Virus record (IMG/VR): IMGVR_UViG_3300035208_006553 | Location: 1 to 64,000 of that record | Direction: 5' to 3' (one strand) | Origin: a virus | Lineage: Duplodnaviria; Caudoviricetes | Length of the DNA: 64,000 nt | Part shown: in pieces, positions 49,518 to 59,558 of the stretch | Layout: the number at the start of each line of letters is the position of its first letter | How positions within the stretch are numbered: position 1 is the stretch's first letter | Program-made: the position numbers and the translations under genes | Notes under the pieces: generated by a model | The model's database searches: none | The model's input: only the letters and a program-made list of their open reading frames with translations | Told to the model about the DNA's origin: nothing

Positions 49518-50101
49518 ATGATTGGAGATATGCATTGGATAATGATAATAATAAGCAGCTTGATAATATAAGAAATTTATTTAGTGCGTTAAAAATTCAA
49601 TCTACTTTTACAGAAGCTTTCAAAATTTTATCTTTAAGTTTCGAACCTTTTGTTTTAGTAGGAGGGTTATCTCGAAGTTTTTATACATCTCCAAGAAATA
49701 CAGGGGATATTGATTTATTATTTGATACTGAGTACGATTTAAAAAACTTTTTACACAGGCAAAAAGGTAATTACAAACAAATTAGACCCCATTCTATTAT
49801 AATGAAAGGCTCAGAAGTAGATCTTTTAACTTCAGAATTTTTAGGAATATCTAGCGATATTCGTAATTACGTTTTTGAAACTGCAAAACTTAGTGATTTA
49901 GGTGTAATGGTTGCAAGTAAAGAAGCTATTATTTTATTAAAGTTACAAAGATTGTCTCCAACAGATGACAATGATATAAGAGCTTTAATTGAAGCTGGAG
50001 GTAAAGATTTAAAAGTTAATGATATTTTAAGACTAGCAAAAACCAATAAAGAAAAAATTGAAGAAATTTTGGAACAAAGTAAAATGTTTTTGAAGGAGTG
50101 A
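49514..50101 (+). CDS. Pol-beta superfamily nucleotidyltransferase
   Basis: LVGGL....Y..PR.T.DIDL, VDLL, II.LKL, D..DI. Confidence 0.8.
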   Translation: MNDWRYALDNDNNKQLDNIRNLFSALKIQSTFTEAFKILSLSFEPFVLVGGLSRSFYTSPRNTGDIDLLFDTEYDLKNFLHRQKGNYKQIRPHSIIMKGSEVDLLTSEFLGISSDIRNYVFETAKLSDLGVMVASKEAIILLKLQRLSPTDDNDIRALIEAGGKDLKVNDILRLAKTNKEKIEEILEQSKMFLKE

Positions 50102-50104
50102 TAA

Positions 50105-51157
50105 ATGGCAAAAGGTCAAGAAGTAGAACATACAAAATTCAAAGTTATTGAGGATGCTATTTCAAGTATTGAAAAACAATACGGAAAAGGTACTATAATG
50201 AGATTAGGAGATAAACCTAATCACGATATAAAAGTAATATCTACTGGATGTTTATCTCTTGATTTTGCATTAGGTGTTGGAGGAGTTCCAAGAGGAAGAA
50301 TAATTGAGATATATGGCCCCGAAAGCGGGGGAAAAACGAGTATGAGCCTTCATATTGTTGCTGAATGTCAAAAAAGAGGAGGTACTGCTGCGTTTATTGA
50401 TGTGGAGCACGCGCTAGACAAAAAATATGCAAAGAAACTAGGAGTAGATACTGACAATTTATTACTATCTCAACCCGATTTTGCAGAACAAGCATTAGAG
50501 GTAGTTGAAACACTTGTAAGAACTAATGCAATTGATATTATTGTTGTTGATTCTGTGTCTGCATTAGTACCTCGTTCGGAAGTTGAAGGAAATATGGGAG
50601 ATCCTCAAATGGCTTCTCAAGCACGCTTAATGTCTCAAGCTCTCAGAAAATTAACACCTGTTGTTGCAAAAGCTAATTGTGTTGTAATTTTTATTAATCA
50701 AATTCGTATGAAAGTGGGAATGATATTCGGGAGTCCCGAAACTACTTCCGGCGGCAATGCTCTTAAATTTTATGCTTCAGTTAGATTAGATGTAAGGAAG
50801 GTGTCTGCAATAAAGGTTGGAGATTTAATAATTGGTAATAAAACTAAAATTAAGGTTGTTAAAAACAAATGCGCTCCTCCCTTCCGTGAGGTTCAAGTTG
50901 ATATTATTTTTGGACAAGGAATTGATACAGTAGGAGACATAATTGACTTAGCTATTCAATTTGGATTAATTAAAAAGTCTGGGTCTTGGTTTACGTACGG
51001 AGAGGATAGGTTTCAAGGAAAAGAAGGTATATCAAAAGCTTTAAAGAGTAATTCTATTTTTGTAGAGAATTTGAGAACTCAATTAGTTAATATACTAAAC
51101 AATCCTGAAATTACAGAAATTATACCTTCAACAGAAAATACTGAATTGCCGGAGTAA
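50105..51157 (+). CDS. recA: Recombinase
   Basis: [47 protein letters not shown]. Confidence 0.97.
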   Translation: MAKGQEVEHTKFKVIEDAISSIEKQYGKGTIMRLGDKPNHDIKVISTGCLSLDFALGVGGVPRGRIIEIYGPESGGKTSMSLHIVAECQKRGGTAAFIDVEHALDKKYAKKLGVDTDNLLLSQPDFAEQALEVVETLVRTNAIDIIVVDSVSALVPRSEVEGNMGDPQMASQARLMSQALRKLTPVVAKANCVVIFINQIRMKVGMIFGSPETTSGGNALKFYASVRLDVRKVSAIKVGDLIIGNKTKIKVVKNKCAPPFREVQVDIIFGQGIDTVGDIIDLAIQFGLIKKSGSWFTYGEDRFQGKEGISKALKSNSIFVENLRTQLVNILNNPEITEIIPSTENTELPE

Positions 51158-51162
51158 AAATT

Positions 51163-51750
51163 ATGGTGATTACAATTTTAGGAAATATATTTCATCCTCT
51201 TGAAGATTGTTTACCTATGCTTCAAATTTTAGTAGCTGAAATTCAAGAAAGGCAAGAAATAATGTACAAAGTACCTTTTGAAGAATTAAATTCTATTAAG
51301 TTTACTTTAGATAGTACACCTGAGGAAGATATACCGGGATTTAATGAAAAGTATGCTTCTATTCAATCCCATATTAGTAGAGTTTCTTCTATTTTAATAG
51401 AAGCTAAAAGAGAAATAAAATATTGGAATGAATATAAAAGTCGTTTAAAATCTTTATACGTAAGAGCTAAAAATAATTTATTAATTAACACTTCTGAAAT
51501 TAAAGAGTTAAGAAATAAGGAAATGCAAGAATCAGCTATACAAGAAAGGATACCAGATTTAGTTCGTTTACTTGAAGGATTAGATATTATTATTGACAGC
51601 TTAGAAAGTGATATTGACATTATTAGAATTAAAAAGGAAGAAATAGATAGTGCTAATGTTAATCTTAATCGTCAACAGAAAGTTATAGAAGATATGATTG
51701 GTCTTAATATAATACCTACGGGTGGTGGGTTGTTAAGAATGAGAAGATGA
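51163..51750 (+). CDS. Coiled-coil protein (possible UvsY-like recombination mediator)
   Basis: All-helical; between recA and the SSB-like gene; function inferred from context only. Confidence 0.35.
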   Translation: MVITILGNIFHPLEDCLPMLQILVAEIQERQEIMYKVPFEELNSIKFTLDSTPEEDIPGFNEKYASIQSHISRVSSILIEAKREIKYWNEYKSRLKSLYVRAKNNLLINTSEIKELRNKEMQESAIQERIPDLVRLLEGLDIIIDSLESDIDIIRIKKEEIDSANVNLNRQQKVIEDMIGLNIIPTGGGLLRMRR

Positions 51751-51777
51751 GATAAATAATACTGTTTTGAAAATGTT

Positions 51778-51787
51778 AATGTATAAT
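51778..51787 (+). promoter_or_regulatory. Candidate promoter (AATGTATAAT)
   Basis: Recurrent motif upstream of AAGGAG and the SSB-like gene. Confidence 0.5.
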
Positions 51788-51830
51788 AAATAGCAATTAT
51801 AATTTTTTTTAATTTAAAGGAGTAATACTA

Positions 51831-52511
51831 ATGCCAAAGGTAACAGTTAGAGATAGTATTGTCGAATTATATCCAGATGAGATTTATGTAATGGAAGTAC
51901 GTAAATCGGATATAGGAAATAATAAAGATAATGGTAATCAATTTTTGATTTGGGAGTGTGAAATTATTGAACCTGCAGAATATGCTGGTAAAATATATAA
52001 ACATTTAACACCTATAGAAATAGGTCCAAAATCAAAGAGTTTTAAGTTTTTACTTTCTATCGGAGTTCCCGCACCTAAAGAAGGAGAGGTGTTTGATTTT
52101 AATTCTGATGATTATAATGGAAAAGAGTTTGTTGCACAGCTTACAACAGTTAAAATAAAAAAAGGACAAAATGCAGGTAAAGATAGAAATGAATTTAAAG
52201 ATGTATGGTCTCCTCAAGAATTTTTAGATTTACAAAACAAATCTGCAGCGAGAGCTAATATTGTTCATAATATTGTTAATAAAAATACAGTTTTAAATGC
52301 TCAACCTACTGCATTCGAAGTAATACCGAATACCGCAAGTGTAACAGACTCTGCAGTAGTTCAATCTGAAGTAACTAAAGTATTAAAATCAGTAACACAA
52401 CCTGCTACGGTTAATACTAACACACTTCAGCGTACTTCTATATTGCAAAATACAAGTGGTGTTACAAAGCCAGTTACAACTAACAAGTCTGTTACAGATT
52501 TTCCTGATTAA
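51831..52511 (+). CDS. Single-stranded DNA-binding protein-like (DUF669-like OB fold)
   Basis: P...Y...V, GN..L.W..EI, low-complexity linker, acidic-aromatic DFPD tip. Confidence 0.6.
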   Translation: MPKVTVRDSIVELYPDEIYVMEVRKSDIGNNKDNGNQFLIWECEIIEPAEYAGKIYKHLTPIEIGPKSKSFKFLLSIGVPAPKEGEVFDFNSDDYNGKEFVAQLTTVKIKKGQNAGKDRNEFKDVWSPQEFLDLQNKSAARANIVHNIVNKNTVLNAQPTAFEVIPNTASVTDSAVVQSEVTKVLKSVTQPATVNTNTLQRTSILQNTSGVTKPVTTNKSVTDFPD

Positions 52512-52522
52512 GGAGGTATTGA

Positions 52523-52921
52523 TTGGCAAGCATAAAAGCAAAGAAAGGAAACCCTTTTGAGAGAAGAGTGGCTTATAATTTAATGCAAGCAAATTATAAA
52601 GTAGAGCGATTAGATGATAATACTAAAGGGATTGATTTGATTGCTAAAGATTCTGATGAGTCGGTTCTTCCTTATGCTATTGAATGTAAATTTCACAAAA
52701 AATTTAGTTGGAATGAATTAGTTAAAATTTATATCAAGACAGAAAAGACTAGCGAAAAGCATTTACTCAATCATCATTCGATTGTAGTATTAAAAGCTAA
52801 TCAACAACCTCCTCTTGTTATGTATAAAGTAAGTCTCACGTATTTTGTACAAGAATTTACATCTTATTTTAATTGTCAATTTGTAGATATTCCAAAAGGT
52901 TATAAAGTATGGAAGCAATAA
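52523..52921 (+). CDS. PD-(D/E)xK nuclease, Holliday-junction-resolvase-like
   Basis: KG..FER.VA, DLI, IECK. Confidence 0.75.
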   Translation: MASIKAKKGNPFERRVAYNLMQANYKVERLDDNTKGIDLIAKDSDESVLPYAIECKFHKKFSWNELVKIYIKTEKTSEKHLLNHHSIVVLKANQQPPLVMYKVSLTYFVQEFTSYFNCQFVDIPKGYKVWKQ

Positions 52922-52943
52922 TGAAAATTAAGGAAATTTAAGT

Positions 52944-53570
52944 ATGAGCGGTATAATAGTTTTTGATATTGAAACATTACCTAATGAATTAGATGAAATT
53001 ACTTCTAAGTTGTTAGATCATAAAGTAAGAAATGTTGTTGAAGAGAAGAAAGAACAAGAAATGTTACAGTATAGATTTCACGAACCAGCATATACAAAGG
53101 TCTGTTGCATTGGGGCCTTATATGATAAAGGAGATGGATCTGAAATTAAACAAAAGACTTTCTTTTCAAGAGATAATGAAAAAGAGGTAATTGAAAATTT
53201 TATTAATTATATTTCTCAATTTACAGGGAAGTTTGTATCTTTTAATGGACTTGATTTTGATGCACCTTTTATTCTTTACAAGTGTTGTCAGTATGGAATT
53301 GAACCTCCCCAAAGATTTTGTAATCTTGTACGCTTTCGAGTAACCCCTCATTTTGATTTAATGCAGATACTTACAGTTTGGGGAAAATTTAGAATCTCTT
53401 TAGCTGAAGCTTGTTATAGCTTTGGTATAACAGTAAAAGAAAATCTACATGGATTAGACATTCTAACTTTTCTTCAACAAGCTTCTGATGAAGACATTCA
53501 GCTATATTGTCAAGAAGATGTTCAAAGTACTTATATGTTATATAAAAAAGTAAGTTTAATTTATCAATAG
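52944..53570 (+). CDS. DEDDy 3'-5' exonuclease (PolB-exo-like)
   Basis: FDIET, FNG..FD, HFDL, YC..DV. Confidence 0.85.
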   Translation: MSGIIVFDIETLPNELDEITSKLLDHKVRNVVEEKKEQEMLQYRFHEPAYTKVCCIGALYDKGDGSEIKQKTFFSRDNEKEVIENFINYISQFTGKFVSFNGLDFDAPFILYKCCQYGIEPPQRFCNLVRFRVTPHFDLMQILTVWGKFRISLAEACYSFGITVKENLHGLDILTFLQQASDEDIQLYCQEDVQSTYMLYKKVSLIYQ

Positions 53571-53581
53571 TAGGAATTAAA

Positions 53582-53825
53582 ATGAACCACACTTCTCCTT
53601 CTCTTGAGACTAGAAAGAAGCAGTCTGATGCAAAAAAGGGATATAAACATACCGAAGAAGCTAAAAGGAAAATGAGTGCTGCCCGCAAAGGCAGACCTAG
53701 TACGAGAAAAGGAATATCCCGTACAGAAGAAGTTAAACGAAAATTATCTATTTTTTAATACTGGCAAAAAGCACACACAGGAATCAATACAAAAAATGTC
53801 TACTTCTCATAAAGGACAAATATGA
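53582..53825 (+). pseudogene. NUMOD3-repeat-only ORF frameshifted in a T6 tract
   Basis: ETRKKQSDAKKG, HTEEAKRKMS, RTEEVKRKLS; TAA at 53756; removing one T continues KHTQESIQKMS..KG to TGA 53825; no nuclease domain. Confidence 0.7.
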
Positions 53826-54352
53826 ATTACATTTTAATCATATTAGGAATATGGGTTTACTTTCGATATTTCGGACCCTTACTAATTACATTCAAAAAGA
53901 CATCTACTAATGCTATTACTCCAACTCGAGCTTACGGAAAAGCTGCTTGTTGGGATGTATATGCTCTTGAGAATAAGTCAATACCTACAGGACAGTGGAG
54001 AGAGGTAAAAGTTGGTATATCATTTGCGCCATGGCCTCATATTTATATGCCTTTTTTAAATCTATCTTTGACACCTTTTGGAAATGTAGCTTACAAAATA
54101 CACACACGAAGTGGGTTAGCTATAAAAAAAGGATTAAGAAATCATTTAGGCATTATTGATAATGATTATAGAAATGAGATAACTGTTATCATGTATAATC
54201 ATAGTAATGTAGGGTATGCTTATCCAGTTAAGAAAGGAGATAAAATAGCTCAAATAGAATTTTATAGAGTTCCTTCAGTTTGGATGTTTCAAGTTAATAA
54301 ATTGAGTAAATCTCAAAGAGGTGAAAACGGTTTTGGGAGTAGTGGAAAGTAA
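53822..54352 (+). CDS. dut: Trimeric dUTPase with N-terminal hydrophobic segment
   Basis: Motifs 1-5: AACWD, RSGLA, GIIDNDYR, GDKIAQ, RGENGFGSSG. Confidence 0.9.
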   Translation: MNYILIILGIWVYFRYFGPLLITFKKTSTNAITPTRAYGKAACWDVYALENKSIPTGQWREVKVGISFAPWPHIYMPFLNLSLTPFGNVAYKIHTRSGLAIKKGLRNHLGIIDNDYRNEITVIMYNHSNVGYAYPVKKGDKIAQIEFYRVPSVWMFQVNKLSKSQRGENGFGSSGK

Positions 54353-54386
54353 TATGTATAATTTTCTAGTTAAAATGTACACAGTT

Positions 54387-54479
54387 TTTGAATTAGCAGA
54401 AAGCAGTTGCAAATTCAAATTAGTTACAACTAAATTTCAAAGAATGCAAATACTACTAAGGTGTATTTATGTAGTATTT
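54387..54479. repeat. Three adjacent inverted repeats in an AT-rich intergenic region
   Basis: TTTGAATT/AATTCAAA, TTAGT/ACTAA, AAATACTAC/GTAGTATTT. Confidence 0.6.
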
Positions 54480-54512
54480 AGATTTTGTAAATATTAAAAC
54501 AAAGGTGAATAG

Positions 54513-55577
54513 ATGTACAAGGATTTTAAATTCGCAGAACATGCAAAAGTAGAAGTATTTACAGATGCTAAAGAGGCTTTACAAAGATCTTTTGATATTA
54601 CAGTAAATCCCGTTCCGGCAGTTGTTGAAGAAATTCAAGTAACTGCAGACGGTAAAATAGTATTTAGAGGAGAACAAAAATCAATCTCATTAAATGGTAT
54701 GGAATCATTTTTAAAAATTCTAAGTATACCGCCTTTATTTGCACGTAAATTACCTACAGATTTGTTATTATATAACATTGATAAGTTAATTAAAGACAGT
54801 CCTGCAAAACCTATTTTTGTATTAGAACGTCCTAATAATAACATTGCAAGTATTGTACAAGATCCATATACAGAAATACCATATAATGAAGTAATAGGAC
54901 GATTTATAGAACGACCTGTTAAAAACATTGAATTATCTGAATCTTTGTTAAAGATGACTTTTGTATTTGATACCTTAAAAGTACCTGATCTAGATGACAG
55001 TCAAGATACTTTATATATAGGAGAGTATTTAGTCAGCTCATTAACTAAGTTGACCAGTTTGCAAGCAATAGCTGGATTATACAGAACTCAATGTTCAAAT
55101 TCCTTTATCATGCCGATTCTTGGTAAATTAAAAGCTAATTATATGAAAAAAGAAGATGTTAGATTATTGCGATTTGCAGATGCTTTTGAGTGTTATGATC
55201 AAAATTTGGTAGCAACAGTTTTTCGTAATTTTGTTCAGAAAAAGCAAGGTTTATTATATGAACACCAAGTAAAACAAATTTGGGAAAGGATTGCAAAGGT
55301 ATTTTCAAAATCGGATGCAGATCAATTATTTAGTTTTGATGATGATTCTAGAAATGCAATTTTATCCAATGCTAGAGGTTACTTATCAGAAGTTAAAAAA
55401 GCAAAAAATTTAAATTTAGTACCTCCAGAAGCTACTACTACACCTTTTCAAGCTTATAAAATCGCAAATGATGTGACAACCTCAGCCCACACTCGTATGT
55501 ATGATATTGTAGATCAAGTACATGCAGAAACAGTTGGAGGAACAATATTGCAATGGATGCTTTTTAGTAACAATTAA
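54513..55577 (+). CDS. DUF932-like protein
   Basis: IP..F..K.P..L..N, S....SL....GLYR..CSN. Confidence 0.55.
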   Translation: MYKDFKFAEHAKVEVFTDAKEALQRSFDITVNPVPAVVEEIQVTADGKIVFRGEQKSISLNGMESFLKILSIPPLFARKLPTDLLLYNIDKLIKDSPAKPIFVLERPNNNIASIVQDPYTEIPYNEVIGRFIERPVKNIELSESLLKMTFVFDTLKVPDLDDSQDTLYIGEYLVSSLTKLTSLQAIAGLYRTQCSNSFIMPILGKLKANYMKKEDVRLLRFADAFECYDQNLVATVFRNFVQKKQGLLYEHQVKQIWERIAKVFSKSDADQLFSFDDDSRNAILSNARGYLSEVKKAKNLNLVPPEATTTPFQAYKIANDVTTSAHTRMYDIVDQVHAETVGGTILQWMLFSNN

Positions 55578-55590
55578 TAATTAATTTTTT

Positions 55591-56424
55591 ATGTTAAAAA
55601 TTTATCAAAATTTTAAATGCAATAAAGAATTTTCTACAGATAAATTAAAACGAAGGTTTTGTAGTAGGCGTTGTTCAGGAGTATATTCAGCCGAAAAGAA
55701 AAAAGAATCTGGAAAGAAATACTATCATTCTATAGAAACGAAGCGAAAAATAAGTAAAGGTAACAGAGGTAAGCGAAAGCCTTCTCCATTTAAAGGGATG
55801 ACAGCTGCAAAGAGGTATGGAAGTGAAGAGAGGGCTCAAGAAATTCAAAATAGAAGAAGATTGAAATTAATAGGAAAGAAACACACAGAAGAGCACAAAC
55901 AAAAAATAGGGAATGCAGGGAGGGGCAGGAAAAAGACAGTAGCAACTCGTTTAAGAATGAGTGAATCTCGTAAAGGAATGAAACAGCCAGAGTATGTTAA
56001 AAAGAAAATTTCTAAAACTGTTCGTTTAAATAAAATACAGCAATTAGAGAAGAATAGCCAAATATCAAAACCTAGTTATAATATTAGATCTTGTGAATTT
56101 TTTAAATATTTAGATATTTTATATAAAACAGAAGGAAGATATGCTATTTACGGAGGAGGAGAATATTTTATTAAAGAACTAGGTTATTTTCCTGATTATA
56201 TAAATTTTGATAAAAAATGGATTATTGAATGGGATGAACCTATGCATTTTACTAAGGAAGGTAATTTAAGAGAAAAAGATAAAGTTAGACAACAAGAGAT
56301 TCAAAAGATGTTTCCTGATTATAAATTTATAAGAATCAGGGCTACGTTGAATTTATATAGACTATTACAAAGGAATATGAAAAAATTAAAATTAGTTAAA
56401 CTTTCAAAAACAGGGTTTAATTAA
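55591..56424 (+). mobile_element. Homing endonuclease-like gene (NUMOD3 repeats + DUF559-like nuclease)
   Basis: RFCSRRC, HSIETKRKIS, HTEEHKQKIG, GYFPD, IIEWDE..H, D..RQ..I, FIRI. Confidence 0.8.
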
Positions 56425-57759
56425 TTGTATAAATCTCTACATATTAAAAATTTTCAGTCTCACGAAGATTCTCTGATTGAATTTGATCCTCAAGTTACTG
56501 CAATAGTCGGATTAAATAACTTTGGGAAAAGTGCAATATTAAAAGCTCTTCAAAAACTTGTAAGAAATGATCCTGAAGGAGTCAGTTTTATTAACGAGAA
56601 TGCAAATGAAACGTTTCTTACTCTCGAAACTGATTTAGGTAATATAAAAAGAGAGATTTATAGAAGTAAACCCAGTGGAAAATATGTTATTATAAATAAA
56701 GAAAATCCAGCTCAAGATTTAGAATTTGTTAATTTTTCTAAAACAGGCATTCCTCAAGAGGTGTTAAATATATTAGATGTTTCTTCAATTCAGCAATTTG
56801 GTACTGATGAGTTTGATCTAAACTTCCATGTTCAAAAAGACAATGATTTTTTAATCAGAGGTAAAGGGTTATCTTCTACTAGAAGTAAAGTATTAAGTAA
56901 AATTACTGGAGTAGACATTGTTCAAAAAGCTATTCAACTAGGTAGATTAAAAGAAAAAAGGTACGAACAAGAAATTGATAATATAAAAAAAGATCAGCAA
57001 AAGATTAAATTAGATTTAGAAAAATATAATAATGTTAATGAACTAGATGAGATTATAAAAAATAAGTTACAGCAAATTCAAAAATTGCAACAATTAGAAA
57101 CTGATAAAGTTTTTTATAGTGGATCCTTAAGTTCATTACAAAGTATTGTTGAAAAAGCGACTAAATTAAAGAATTTATTAAAAGATTCAATTTTACAATT
57201 TGCTATTAATGATTTATTAGTTTTACGAAACAAAATAGATAATCTTATAAAGTTACAAAAAGTAAGGTATAGAATTAACAAGTTGAATCAATTTTTAATA
57301 ATGTCAGCTGTAGAGTTTAATGTTGATAGATTACAAATTTTACAAACGTTATTTAATAAAGTTGTAAAGATACAAACATTAAATAATAAAATTTTACAGT
57401 TGGATAAAGTAATTAAAATAAGCACTATTAATTATGATATAAGTACTTTTCAGCATCTTAAATATGCTAAAGAAAAATTACAGCAATTTAAAATATGTAC
57501 TCAGAAAATTTCTAAATTAAACAATGTTACTAAAATTGAATTACCTAATTTAGGAAGTGTTCAAGAGTGTAAAAAGACACTACAAAATTATAAAAATATA
57601 CAACAACAAATGTTATTACTTACTACTTTTTTGTATAATAAAGAACAAGAGGTACAGCAATTATGTGAGATTTTTAATGAACAAGAGCAAGAATTAATTA
57701 GTTATAAAAAAGAACTTAAAATATGCCCTACTTGCGGCGAATTTTTTAAGGAGAATTAA
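56425..57759 (+). CDS. sbcC: SbcC/Rad50 (gp46-like) N-terminal half ending at the zinc hook
   Basis: IKNFQSH, GLNNFGKS Walker A, Q-loop region, coiled coil, terminal CPTCG; no Walker B. Confidence 0.85.
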   Translation: MYKSLHIKNFQSHEDSLIEFDPQVTAIVGLNNFGKSAILKALQKLVRNDPEGVSFINENANETFLTLETDLGNIKREIYRSKPSGKYVIINKENPAQDLEFVNFSKTGIPQEVLNILDVSSIQQFGTDEFDLNFHVQKDNDFLIRGKGLSSTRSKVLSKITGVDIVQKAIQLGRLKEKRYEQEIDNIKKDQQKIKLDLEKYNNVNELDEIIKNKLQQIQKLQQLETDKVFYSGSLSSLQSIVEKATKLKNLLKDSILQFAINDLLVLRNKIDNLIKLQKVRYRINKLNQFLIMSAVEFNVDRLQILQTLFNKVVKIQTLNNKILQLDKVIKISTINYDISTFQHLKYAKEKLQQFKICTQKISKLNNVTKIELPNLGSVQECKKTLQNYKNIQQQMLLLTTFLYNKEQEVQQLCEIFNEQEQELISYKKELKICPTCGEFFKEN

Positions 57760-57760
57760 A

Positions 57761-58399
57761 ATGGTTTTATATAAGAAAACAGAAAACAATGAATATATTA
57801 CAATTGACGTACAAACTTTAGGTATAGTAAATAACAAAAATTCAGTAGTTGTATTTACTGTAGGAAATGAAGATTATTACCCATCCCAGAAAGATATGGA
57901 AGAAATTAAAAGTTTTGTAGATCAAGAGTCTGTTTTTAAGAGTAGTGAAGTATTAATATTACCTTTCTATGTTAAAATAACAGATATAACCTTGGATAGT
58001 GACAAAAATTATTTATTAGTAGTAAATATACCTTTTCATTTTAGTAAAGCTGATGAGGTAAAGGTAGAGAAAGAAATTACAGAAAGTTTACAAAGTCACT
58101 CTAATATTAAAGTTAAAGTACTTCGTGAAGATCTTAACATTACAGTTCAAGAAGCTAGTCTTAAAAGTAAGTTTCCTCCTTTAACTCAGCAAATGGTTGA
58201 ACATATTGATGGAACACCTACTTTGGATTACGCTATTCGTATTTTGAAAGTGTATAGAGAGAATTGTAATTGTAAGTGGTCTGATTCTTTAAATGAAGAA
58301 AACAAAAGTAGATTATTTGATATTATGAACGAGGCGCAAGATAAGAGAGCTGAGTTATTAGATAAAGCAATATCTGCATTAGAAGAACATTTAAAGTAG
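57761..58399 (+). CDS. Hypothetical protein
   Basis: AAGGAG ribosome-binding site. Confidence 0.65.
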   Translation: MVLYKKTENNEYITIDVQTLGIVNNKNSVVVFTVGNEDYYPSQKDMEEIKSFVDQESVFKSSEVLILPFYVKITDITLDSDKNYLLVVNIPFHFSKADEVKVEKEITESLQSHSNIKVKVLREDLNITVQEASLKSKFPPLTQQMVEHIDGTPTLDYAIRILKVYRENCNCKWSDSLNEENKSRLFDIMNEAQDKRAELLDKAISALEEHLK

Positions 58400-58401
58400 A
58401 A

Positions 58402-58617
58402 ATGACAATGGAAGAGAAAAAGAAAGAGTATGTGAAATATTTGGAAAGGTTAATTAAATTATTACAATCAAATAAGATTGAATCAATAAGTTGTGATTCA
58501 CAACATTTTTACTTTCCTGAATTAGGAAGTATTGCGCACATGGCAGGAAAACCTTTTATATTTCATAAAGAAGAAATAATTCTTACAATTCATTACAATA
58601 CAGAAGAATTAAATTAA
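58402..58617 (+). CDS. Hypothetical protein
   Basis: Coupled ORF. Confidence 0.55.
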   Translation: MTMEEKKKEYVKYLERLIKLLQSNKIESISCDSQHFYFPELGSIAHMAGKPFIFHKEEIILTIHYNTEELN

Positions 58618-59555
58618 TGATAATAGGATATGTAACAGATACCCATCTTCGATCAGAAACACCGGAAGGCAGAATAGATAATTTTAATAACTCTATTCTT
58701 ACTAAAATGGAAGAGGTGGGTCAGATTTTTAGAGAAGAAAAATGTGATATAATTCTTCATGGAGGTGATTGGGGTGATAGACCTGATATTCCTTACAGTG
58801 TTTATAATGAATTAGTAGGAGCTTTAAAAGCATGGAATAAACCCATTTACGGAATAATAGGAAGTCATGATTATTATGGGTATCAGATTAAAAGTTTGAA
58901 AAGGACTGCAGTAGGAGCTTTATACAAATCAGGTATAATTGAATTAGTTGGCAGCGAAGGTATGAAAGAATATATCGAATTAGATGATATTTGCATTTGT
59001 GGAACTCCTCATACGTACTGGTTAGATGAAGATTCTAAAAATTATTACAAAGAAAACTATTCTAGTAAAATTCAAATACAACTAACTCATGGAATGCTTC
59101 TAGAAAAGCCTGCAATCTTTCAACACACTTTACTTACTAATATAGAAACAAAATCTCAATATCTTTTAGGAGCTCATTACCATCCTGGCTGGAGTCAATT
59201 GTTTTTTAATTTAAAAGGAACAACATTTATTCATCCAGGAGGGTTAGCTAGATTAGACAATACAGGAAAAGTGAGAATTCCAAAAGCGGTAATTATTAAT
59301 TCAGTTACTCAAGAAGTCTATAGTAAAGAATTGCAAACAGCTATAGTACACCCATTTAAAGAAAAGGTAACAGATTCTAAAGAAGAAATAACAATGAATT
59401 TAGTAAAAAGAGCACTAGATTATCTTAAAGATACTCAAGTAAGTGTGATAGATATTAAACAACAACTTCCACTTATTGCAAATAAATTTAAGTATAATTC
59501 AGAAATCGTAGATTTAGCTTTTAATTTAATTGAAGAAGCAGAAAAGGAGAAATAA
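58617..59555 (+). CDS. sbcD: SbcD/Mre11 (gp47-like) metallophosphoesterase nuclease
   Basis: DTH, GGDWGD, GSHD, TH, GAHYH, PG.L.R. Confidence 0.85.
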   Translation: MIIGYVTDTHLRSETPEGRIDNFNNSILTKMEEVGQIFREEKCDIILHGGDWGDRPDIPYSVYNELVGALKAWNKPIYGIIGSHDYYGYQIKSLKRTAVGALYKSGIIELVGSEGMKEYIELDDICICGTPHTYWLDEDSKNYYKENYSSKIQIQLTHGMLLEKPAIFQHTLLTNIETKSQYLLGAHYHPGWSQLFFNLKGTTFIHPGGLARLDNTGKVRIPKAVIINSVTQEVYSKELQTAIVHPFKEKVTDSKEEITMNLVKRALDYLKDTQVSVIDIKQQLPLIANKFKYNSEIVDLAFNLIEEAEKEK

Positions 59556-59558
59556 TAA

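Noticed and set aside
25182-51157. Inteins in NrdJ, DnaB, PolA or RecA
   Set aside because: Lengths are normal and no intein termini or LAGLIDADG blocks were seen.
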